Shown: piece by piece, positions 9,612 to 16,401 of the stretch
Layout: the number at the start of each line of letters is the position of its first letter
Position numbering within the stretch: the stretch's first letter is position 1
Sequence record: MW812343.1
Direction: 5' to 3' (one strand)
DNA length: 64,000 nt
Made by a program: the position numbers and the translations under genes
Notes under the pieces: model-generated
Databases searched by the model: none
Seen by the model: only the letters and a program-made list of their open reading frames with translations
What the model was told of the DNA's origin: nothing

Positions 9612-9661
9612 AAGAAAAAAGCCTACTACCCTAATCGGTAGTAGGCTGCTTTTATTTTTTT
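9610..9661. terminator. Bidirectional intrinsic terminator (CCTAC/GTAGG family)
   Basis: A-tract, GCCTACTACC-CTAATC-GGTAGTAGGC, T-tract, between convergent genes. Confidence 0.85.
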
Positions 9662-9663
9662 GT

Positions 9664-10311
9664 TCACACTAAGCTGAGTGCGATAAACGGCCGTTTGATA
9701 TTCAGATACGTCACATTGACATTCTTTTTATCTAAAAGATTCAACCGTTCATGGTCAGGAATCGCCGGTTCTAACTGTTCTCGGAAGAACAGGTAGTTAC
9801 GATTGTAATTAAGCGTTTGGTCGACCGGCACTTTATACACTACCGAGGAATTGTCATCCGTATAGCTCGGCCACCCGAAACGGTGTACCGCTTCGTAGAA
9901 CGAATTACGAATGAACTCATCCACACCTGAGGCTTCCATAATGCGCAGGAACATCAGGTCAGCGAAGTCTTTATCAACTGCACGCGAGAGATTACCGGCC
10001 GGGGTATCAGGGTAGACGCCAATACTTGGCTTCTTCTGGTACATCAGGTCGTGTATACACGCCGCAGCGGCCCATGGGCCGTCGGGATGCAATAAGGGCT
10101 TCAATGCATCAGGGATACTCGCTAAGTCCGTTACAAATCCTCTGGGGGCCTCTACGAACATCTGTACGTCAGGATGGATTCCTGTCAGTGAAACCATCTT
10201 GTCCATACCGGGGTGGTTACGGTATAACGTGCGCAAACTGAACGCAAAACAAAAGTCGTCGGTTAAGACAAACCACGGCGCTTGCAATACTTTATAATTC
10301 AGTCGTTGCAT
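9664..10311 (-). CDS. DUF1353 family protein
   Basis: Motifs GFVTDLASIP, AAACIHDLMY, AD..FL..M and Y.AV..FG are characteristic of DUF1353. Confidence 0.8.
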   Translation of the reverse strand: MQRLNYKVLQAPWFVLTDDFCFAFSLRTLYRNHPGMDKMVSLTGIHPDVQMFVEAPRGFVTDLASIPDALKPLLHPDGPWAAAACIHDLMYQKKPSIGVYPDTPAGNLSRAVDKDFADLMFLRIMEASGVDEFIRNSFYEAVHRFGWPSYTDDNSSVVYKVPVDQTLNYNRNYLFFREQLEPAIPDHERLNLLDKKNVNVTYLNIKRPFIALSLV

Positions 10312-10320
10312 ACGCTTTCC

Positions 10321-10920
10321 TTACTTGCTGCACACGCCAACTTTAATGGCGTAGTCACCCATCTCACGGTAGACACGGTCGTACCAGCCGTAAGTGAACT
10401 CTTCGTTCTGCACGCGCTTCTCAGAAATCTCAGTGTAGTAGGCTACCTGATGGGAAGTCAGTGCGAACATCAGACGGTTGAAACCATCCAGACCGCGGGC
10501 TTTCAGGAAGCCTTCCAGTGCAGTCATGGTTGCAGGGCCAATACCACCGTCTGCGGAGATGTCCGCATACAGTTTACCCTGACGGTTCAACACGTTCAGA
10601 ATACGCTGGAGGGACTTGATACAGTTTGCACGACCGGCGTTGATACCGAAGTCGAACATACGGTCAGCCAAAAGCGGATTCCAAGCGAGAATCCGGTCAA
10701 GGCGCATACGATCCCACCACCCTTTCTTGTAGATGTCGAGCGCCATCTGACGGGTCAGATTACGCATGTCACCGGTGTATCCGTTCTCACGCGCCGTCGC
10801 TTGTGTAATGCCGAAGTTGGTTGGGCCGCCGAGGTCGTTAGGGTTATTCACATAACCCGCTTCGATGTTAACTTTGGCAGCAATGATACCTTCCATACTC
10901 CAACGATCTACAGTTGTCAT
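10321..10920 (-). CDS. Endolysin, glycoside hydrolase family 108 + PG_binding_3 domain
   Basis: EAGYVNNPNDLGGPTNFGIT matches the GH108 EGGY..D.GG.T..GIT motif; also FDFGINAG, DGGIGPAT and FTYGW..RV. Start moved to the ATG at 10920 after GAGGA. Confidence 0.9.
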   Translation of the reverse strand: MTTVDRWSMEGIIAAKVNIEAGYVNNPNDLGGPTNFGITQATARENGYTGDMRNLTRQMALDIYKKGWWDRMRLDRILAWNPLLADRMFDFGINAGRANCIKSLQRILNVLNRQGKLYADISADGGIGPATMTALEGFLKARGLDGFNRLMFALTSHQVAYYTEISEKRVQNEEFTYGWYDRVYREMGDYAIKVGVCSK

Positions 10921-10960
10921 AACGTTTCCTCTTATAAAGAACAACAGTCATAACAACCGT

Positions 10961-11004
10961 AAGAAAAAAAAAGAAAAGTGACCCACCCCCGAGGGAGTGG
11001 GCAC
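10961..11004 (-). terminator. Intrinsic terminator closing the RiPP-like operon
   Basis: Minus strand reads GTGCCCACTCC-CTCG-GGGGTGGGTCAC followed by TTTTCTTTTTTTTT. Confidence 0.8.
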
Positions 11005-11007
11005 ACC

Positions 11008-11664
11008 TTAGGCTACACCATTTTCTTCAGCAAGCTGCTTAATCGCGGTGAAGTCTTTTTGTTCCGTCAGAATACGGATGCGCTGCTTCAACACCGACAT
11101 GACCATATGGAGTTCGTTGTCACGAGTGATGATGGTAGCATACAGCTCTTTCACATCCTCAACTGACCACGGCTCAATCTGTTCATTATTCAGTGTTGTC
11201 CAGTACAGGGGATCAACCTCTGACTGGATATAGCTTTGCATGGTATCGCGGGCTTTCTGATCCGCCTGGAACGTTTTATCGCGGAACGTAATGGGAGCAA
11301 ATCGCTCCGCATTATACTTGTCGTTCAGCTTCGGATAAATCGCATTCACTTCCTGATAGAGGTAGTTATCCGTCGAGGTCAACGCTGAGCGGACTTGATC
11401 TAAATCAATCCCTAACACATCGTTGATGAACTCTTTGGTTTTCTTCATCAGGAACGTAATTTCGACCGGCGACAGGTCAAAGCTTTTGAGTTTCTCAATG
11501 GCTTTCTTGTCACTCATCCCGTTAATCAGTTGGTAATGCAGTAACAGGCAGAAGCCGATACGGTTTTCCAACTGGTCTTGGTATTCTTCTACGAAGTTAC
11601 CGTAGCGGTCGATGCGTGTACCCCGTTCGAAATAGCGGGCTTTTATTTCGTCGTTACTAAGCAT
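11008..11664 (-). CDS. DUF4376-like protein (tail-fibre-associated chaperone-like C-terminal domain)
   Basis: C-terminal half ITFRDKTFQADQKARD...YWTTLNNEQ...VEDVKELY resembles DUF4376 (F..D..S/R...W...DN...L...L). Overlaps the upstream gene by 22 nt. Confidence 0.6.
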   Translation of the reverse strand: MLSNDEIKARYFERGTRIDRYGNFVEEYQDQLENRIGFCLLLHYQLINGMSDKKAIEKLKSFDLSPVEITFLMKKTKEFINDVLGIDLDQVRSALTSTDNYLYQEVNAIYPKLNDKYNAERFAPITFRDKTFQADQKARDTMQSYIQSEVDPLYWTTLNNEQIEPWSVEDVKELYATIITRDNELHMVMSVLKQRIRILTEQKDFTAIKQLAEENGVA

Positions 11665-12200
11665 CCGGATTCTCCTACAATCCCAAGGTCATCCAGCAGA
11701 CCGAAGTCAATGAACTGGAAATCGTTTTCCAACTCTTCACCCCAGAGCAGTTTGGCCTCTTCTGCTTCGTCGCCCATCTCTTCCAGCGTCTTACGCACGA
11801 CTTCGTATTCGTGGTAGAACGCATCGGTCAAGTGCGTACCGCGCAAGGCACGGATGGTCACACCGGGGAAGTTCAGGGCCAGACCTAACACGTTGGTTGC
11901 ATCGGATTCACCGGTAGAGCGGCGCAATACCTGCAACTTGTGTTTAGGGAACTTCGCCACACGTTCTTCGAAACCGGGATTACGCTTCTCGATTTCAACC
12001 ACAGACTGGTGCGAGTCTTCCACGCCCTGAAGAGGTATGATGACATTCAGGCCATAACGGTTCAACAGACGAATAACGTCATCGTTGAAATCTTCACCCG
12101 GCACGATCGCATGGACGTTGAACAGCTTGTGTTTACGAATGAACGCATCCACAAGGTGCACATTACGCCGAGTAAAATTGTGAATCAGCAATGACTTCAT
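11643..12200 (-). CDS. Hypothetical protein, probable degenerate radical-SAM barrel fragment without CxxxCxxC
   Basis: 185 aa; AIVPGEDFNDDVIRLLNRYGLNVIIPLQGVEDSH parallels the rSAM segment STNGTLF...LSIGVSIDGLPEVH of the adjacent enzyme. Overlaps both neighbours. Confidence 0.45.
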   Translation of the reverse strand: MKSLLIHNFTRRNVHLVDAFIRKHKLFNVHAIVPGEDFNDDVIRLLNRYGLNVIIPLQGVEDSHQSVVEIEKRNPGFEERVAKFPKHKLQVLRRSTGESDATNVLGLALNFPGVTIRALRGTHLTDAFYHEYEVVRKTLEEMGDEAEEAKLLWGEELENDFQFIDFGLLDDLGIVGESGCLVTTK

Positions 12201-13509
12201 TCGAGGCTCCGAGTTCTAATTTAAGTTTATCCTGCTGCATACGTTCGCGTACGCAGCTCGCACAGTAGCACATAGACTTATCGTGCAGGTCTGCGACATT
12301 CGTGGTACCGGTCTTCTGATACCAGTATTCAGCCACAAGCAGTTTTGCGGTTGTCCAGCCACACTGGCGACGCTCAGCGTGGTACTCTTTACGCGCTTCC
12401 AGCTCACCATCACCGTTCTCGTAAGAAGCAGCCGCACAGCTACCACACGAGTGTTTCATCGGGCAGCCTAAGCAGGTAGACGGGTAGTTGGTGTACTGCG
12501 TCTGGATTTCGTTTAACAGCTTGTTGCCGTCGATATTCACAATCTCACGTCCACGCAGTTCAGCCACCGCTGAACGGGTCGTTACGGTTGACATGAAGCG
12601 GTTACAGCCGTAGATTTTACGGTCGAAGCCGAGGCAGGTCATGTGTGTTAACGTACCGCAGTAAGGACGTACGCGGTCTGGGTGCAGGCGGGTTTGTTCG
12701 TCATCCAGCAACTTCTGACGCCAGTCCGGGTCCCACGTTGCCATGAAGTCCAGCCCATCAGGAATGATGTGGGTCAGGATATTACGCGGTGATTTGTGGT
12801 AGCCGTTATCTACCCAATAGTCGATAACGTCCATCATCTGGTTAGCGATACCCAGAGACATATCACGCGTTAGGATATCTTCGTACGTGACGTTACCGGA
12901 GATGGTACCGCCGCCCGTTTCTTTAATCAGGTGAATCATGCTCTCGCCGTAGCGCGGCAGGGTTTCACCGGTAAAGGTGGCTTTGATACCGAGTTCAGCA
13001 ATACCCACGGATTTGAGGTATTGGTAACCACGCATCGCTTGGTCGTAAGAACCTTCACGCGACGTGGTGAAGATACGATAGCGGTCATGCACTTCTGGCA
13101 GACCATCGATAGACACACCGATGGACAGGCGGTCTTTCCAGCGTTCGATGATTTCTTTACTGATAGGGCGATCGAACAGCGTCCCGTTGGTCGAGATAGA
13201 GAAGACGTACTGGCGGTTGTCGCGCGCCGCTAACTCTTCAGCAGTCTCAAAGACGGCTTTCAGAATCTTCGGCTGCATAAACGGCTCACCCCCGATGATG
13301 TCGATAATGATTTCGGCATCTTCGATGTGGCGATCGCGGTCAAAACACGCATGAATAAAATCGACAGCATCATCCACTTTGTTGTTACGTGGATATTTGC
13401 GCTCGTAGCAATACGAGCAGTCGAGATTACACGACAGGTTAGTCACAACCTGATACGTGAGTGTCGCGCGCTGTTTACGCGTCTGCGATGTAGACTTTTC
13501 TTCGCTCAT
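12163..13509 (-). CDS. Radical SAM/SPASM peptide maturase (CXXX-repeat target family-like)
   Basis: CNLDCSYC (CxxxCxxC), IIGGEP, STNG, SIDG..HD..R and GSYD. SPASM cysteines: C-x7-C...GC, CLGCPMKHSCGSC and RRQC. Extra C-terminal CYCASC. Confidence 0.92.
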   Translation of the reverse strand: MSEEKSTSQTRKQRATLTYQVVTNLSCNLDCSYCYERKYPRNNKVDDAVDFIHACFDRDRHIEDAEIIIDIIGGEPFMQPKILKAVFETAEELAARDNRQYVFSISTNGTLFDRPISKEIIERWKDRLSIGVSIDGLPEVHDRYRIFTTSREGSYDQAMRGYQYLKSVGIAELGIKATFTGETLPRYGESMIHLIKETGGGTISGNVTYEDILTRDMSLGIANQMMDVIDYWVDNGYHKSPRNILTHIIPDGLDFMATWDPDWRQKLLDDEQTRLHPDRVRPYCGTLTHMTCLGFDRKIYGCNRFMSTVTTRSAVAELRGREIVNIDGNKLLNEIQTQYTNYPSTCLGCPMKHSCGSCAAASYENGDGELEARKEYHAERRQCGWTTAKLLVAEYWYQKTGTTNVADLHDKSMCYCASCVRERMQQDKLKLELGASNEVIADSQFYSA

Positions 13510-14399
13510 TTGATTACCTCGTTGCGATGTTTACGAGCATGGATCGTGCGGTTGATGTAACGGTAGGCGTCTTGCCCAATGACTTTAGCCAGCATGTTAC
13601 AACCGCTATCGATTTCCATATCCACATCAAGCGTATAGCCGACGGAGGCATCTGAATCCAGACGAACCAAAGCACTGCACGCATTACACGACTGCTCAAA
13701 GAACTTACTGATAGAAAAACCGGTATGGCCATTGTTCATGACGTTCAGACGCTCAATCTGGTCTTCCATCTTGTTGTAGCCATACATGAAATTCATCACC
13801 AAATCTTGGTTCAGAGGTTTCTTCATGCGGTTGTCCAACAGCAGGGTCATGTCTTTGAACCCGTAGTGGTACAGCGCACGGTGCAAGTCCAGCAGGTCAA
13901 GATGCCAATACTTCTCGGCCAGTTGCTCACGAGTCACCACGGCCCACGTATGGACGTTGTTCAATGCAGCCATCACCTCAAAGGCTTCGAATGCATCATC
14001 TTCAACGACACGCCAGAGCGGACGTTCGCTCTTTTTGTATCCATCGAACGATACGCAGATACGGTTGAACTGTTGCAGCATCGGAAGGTGCTCCAAGCGC
14101 ATTTTCAGACCGTTCGTGTACAGTTCGTGAGTGAGATGTGGATAACGGGCTTTGACTTCTGCCAGCAACGGCTCAATCTTACGGGTTGCCATTAACGGCT
14201 CACCGCCCGTCCAGTTCATCCCTTGTAAAGTCGGGTATTTCTCCAGTTGTTCAAACAGCGCTTCACGCTGAATTTCCCGACCAACATCTTTTGTGTCCAT
14301 GTAATACGCTCCGCCGCAGAAACTACAATCCAAATTACACTTGGACGTCGTCACTATCGACAGCTCGGTAGGGGGACGTATTTGTGGTGCATCGGTCAT
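13506..14399 (-). CDS. Radical SAM protein with short C-terminal Cys motif (Twitch-like)
   Basis: CNLDCSFC, WTGGEP, YTNG and VSFDG; C-terminal CNAC...GC. ATGA overlap with the downstream rSAM gene. Confidence 0.88.
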   Translation of the reverse strand: MTDAPQIRPPTELSIVTTSKCNLDCSFCGGAYYMDTKDVGREIQREALFEQLEKYPTLQGMNWTGGEPLMATRKIEPLLAEVKARYPHLTHELYTNGLKMRLEHLPMLQQFNRICVSFDGYKKSERPLWRVVEDDAFEAFEVMAALNNVHTWAVVTREQLAEKYWHLDLLDLHRALYHYGFKDMTLLLDNRMKKPLNQDLVMNFMYGYNKMEDQIERLNVMNNGHTGFSISKFFEQSCNACSALVRLDSDASVGYTLDVDMEIDSGCNMLAKVIGQDAYRYINRTIHARKHRNEVIK

Positions 14400-14417
14400 T
14401 GCAGATTGCTCCAGTTT

Positions 14418-15296
14418 TTAATAGATCGCGAACAGCGGATCGTCTTCAAACTTCGAACCCACATCCAGAATGAAATCGGAGTGGTAGGCTTCGAGAATCT
14501 GATTCAGAATCGCATGGCGCTCGTTAATCCGGTTAAGGTCATCGAGGGTCACAATTCGCGACTTGATGTTTGAAACCGCCTTTTCTTCGTCAGCCGTTAA
14601 GGAGACCTTCGTCAGAAGGAAACTTACCAGCTTGCTCAGGTCAGCTTCGGTACCCGGCATTTCACCAAAGCGCCACTGCACCAGAAACTGCATCCACGGT
14701 TTGCGGATACGGCGACTGATTTCATGCGGGTCAGTGATCGCTTCAAATTGTTCATCTGCTGCATTCCAACGGAACTTGTAGCTGTACGCCAGCAAGTCTG
14801 CCAGACAGTGGATGCCGAGGGTTTCATATCCTAAGATGTGGTGGTATTTTTCCACCCCTTGGTATTCTTTCGTACCCGTAGGAACCAGGGTATACCAGAA
14901 CACGTTAGAGGAAGGATAGTCCCAACTCCATTCGCGGCGAACCATGGGAATAACGTCCAAATCCGCAAAAGGCGTGAAGATCAGTTCCAAATCCATCGAA
15001 TGGTTGAGGACGGAGTCGGTGAAGAAATACTTACCGTCAATCAACCGGCCGCTGCAACTCAGCTCGCTTTGTTCGAACTTCACATGCTGAACGCTATGCT
15101 TGCCGATGGTGTAGGTGTTCTCTTCGGTGTACTGCTTACGCACAATATCCCGCCCACGCACCTTAGGCCATTCGCCCGGCAGCATCGAAATAAGGCGGAC
15201 ATCATCCGCGACATGCGCACGCACACTGTCGAGTGATGAAATCTGTAACGGAAAGTTTTGCGTCGTGCGGTACGCCAAATGGAGGTCGTTCTTCAT
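14418..15296 (-). CDS. Hypothetical protein within the RiPP-like operon
   Basis: 292 aa; AAGGA RBS; lies between the precursors and the rSAM genes; no motif recognised. Confidence 0.8.
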   Translation of the reverse strand: MKNDLHLAYRTTQNFPLQISSLDSVRAHVADDVRLISMLPGEWPKVRGRDIVRKQYTEENTYTIGKHSVQHVKFEQSELSCSGRLIDGKYFFTDSVLNHSMDLELIFTPFADLDVIPMVRREWSWDYPSSNVFWYTLVPTGTKEYQGVEKYHHILGYETLGIHCLADLLAYSYKFRWNAADEQFEAITDPHEISRRIRKPWMQFLVQWRFGEMPGTEADLSKLVSFLLTKVSLTADEEKAVSNIKSRIVTLDDLNRINERHAILNQILEAYHSDFILDVGSKFEDDPLFAIY

Positions 15297-15313
15297 GGTG
15301 TCTTTTCCTTACA

Positions 15314-15523
15314 CTATCGGTTACCCGCCCCGTAGCTACATCCCCCGCTGCATGTCCAGCTACAGCTCCCGCCGCAGTTGTAATGAGAGAGTGGAAGACC
15401 AGCGAGGTTATTGGTCGAACTGACCGTACCGCGGGTAGCGATGTAATTGTTAGCCTGTGCGGTCGAGATATAACCTTCGACGTTTTGCACTCGATCGCGA
15501 ATGTTTTTCAATGAGATAGCCAT
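15314..15523 (-). CDS. Cys-rich RiPP-like precursor C (short core, 4 Cys)
   Basis: 69 aa; leader MAISLKNIRDRVQNVE; core CGGSCSWTCSGGCSYGAGNR; GAGGA RBS. Confidence 0.8.
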   Translation of the reverse strand: MAISLKNIRDRVQNVEGYISTAQANNYIATRGTVSSTNNLAGLPLSHYNCGGSCSWTCSGGCSYGAGNR

Positions 15524-15544
15524 AGGTCCTCACTCGATAGATTT

Positions 15545-15937
15545 CTATCGACTGCCTGAACAGCCAGAGCATCCCGTACAACTAGAACTACAGGAACCAG
15601 AGCAGTTACCTGAACACGTACCCGAACAACCCGAGCACCCGCCAGAACACGACCCAGAGCATCCTGAGCACCCGCTGGTACACCCAGAGGTACAGCTCGA
15701 CGAACAGGAAGAACCACAGCCCCCTGAGGCCGAACCGGAACAGCCACCTGAACAGCTAGAGCAACCCCAGCTACAAGTTCCGCCGCAATCGTAGTGAACA
15801 CGTCCTTGGCCGCCGAATAAGTCGACGTTATTGGTTGCTTTACCGCGAATGTATGTTTGTACGCCGCCTTCGGTTTTTAATGCGTTGGCTTCGACAACCG
15901 CAATACGGTCAGCAAGGTTTCGCAAATTGATAGCCAT
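15545..15937 (-). CDS. Cys-rich RiPP-like precursor B (CxxxC repeats, 20 Cys)
   Basis: 130 aa; leader MAINLRNLADRIAVVE; core begins CGGTCSWGC; AGGGG RBS. Confidence 0.85.
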   Translation of the reverse strand: MAINLRNLADRIAVVEANALKTEGGVQTYIRGKATNNVDLFGGQGRVHYDCGGTCSWGCSSCSGGCSGSASGGCGSSCSSSCTSGCTSGCSGCSGSCSGGCSGCSGTCSGNCSGSCSSSCTGCSGCSGSR

Positions 15938-15946
15938 AATTGCCCC

Positions 15947-16336
15947 TTAATTCGGCCCAGAGCACGCAGAGCATCCGGTACAGCTGGAAGAACACGATCC
16001 AGAACAACCGGATGTGCATTTCCCGCTACAGGATGAAGAACATGAGCCGGAGCAGCCAGAACAACCGGAACACCCGCCACCGCAGTTAGAAGAACAGCTA
16101 CCCACGCACGTAGAAGTACAGGTTCCTGAGCAGCTAGTACAGCTTGCAGAACACCCGTTCGAGCACGACCAGCTACAACTGCCACCACAGTCTAGTCGGG
16201 AGGGAGACCACCCACTAAACGAGTCCGCAGCGTTGTATGCTTTCGATGCTACCTGACCGTCTACACGAGGCCCGGTTGCATAGTTTGCTTCTACATTGTT
16301 AACGCGGTCGCGTATGTTTTTCATTGAAATTGCCAT
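15947..16336 (-). CDS. Cys-rich RiPP-like precursor A (CxxxC repeats, 21 Cys)
   Basis: 129 aa; leader MAISMKNIRDRVNNVE; core begins CGGSCSWSC; AAGGA RBS. Confidence 0.85.
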   Translation of the reverse strand: MAISMKNIRDRVNNVEANYATGPRVDGQVASKAYNAADSFSGWSPSRLDCGGSCSWSCSNGCSASCTSCSGTCTSTCVGSCSSNCGGGCSGCSGCSGSCSSSCSGKCTSGCSGSCSSSCTGCSACSGPN

Positions 16337-16350
16337 ACGTTTCCTTTGTC

Positions 16351-16391
16351 AATAAAAAAATGAGGACGCTGCCATAATGACAGCCCCTCAT
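16351..16391 (-). terminator. Intrinsic terminator/attenuator between the fibre gene and the precursor genes
   Basis: Minus strand reads ATGAGGG-GCTGTCA-TTA-TGGCAGC-GT-CCTCAT followed by TTTTTTATT. Confidence 0.65.
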
Positions 16392-16401
16392 GTAATAAGT
16401 G

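Noticed and set aside
10282-10953. 223-aa plus-strand ORF and other long antisense ORFs (e.g. 61128..62066, 17574..18137, 2608..3189)
   Set aside because: They are antisense to well-supported genes, show no recognisable motifs, and are expected from codon bias at about 50% GC.
15501-16256. Plus-strand ORFs 15501..15794 and 16014..16256 (EQPEHP repeats) and alternative-frame minus ORFs 15508..15801 and 15877..16188
   Set aside because: These are shadows of the Cys/Ser/Gly codons of the precursors. The precursor frames have SD sequences and conserved leaders; these do not.
15314-16336. Selenocysteine or stop-codon read-through joining the precursors into one protein
   Set aside because: The stops are TAA, TAG and TAG with no in-frame TGA, and each ORF has its own SD and full leader.
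11008-16336. Classical secreted bacteriocin cluster
   Set aside because: No ABC/peptidase transporter, double-glycine processing context or immunity gene is visible in or near the operon. Release by lysis cannot be excluded. A metallothionein-like role for the peptides remains an untested alternative.
16347-16352. TTGACA (minus strand) as a sigma70 -35 box for the precursor genes
   Set aside because: It lies only 10 nt from the start codon, leaving no room for a spacer and -10 box.
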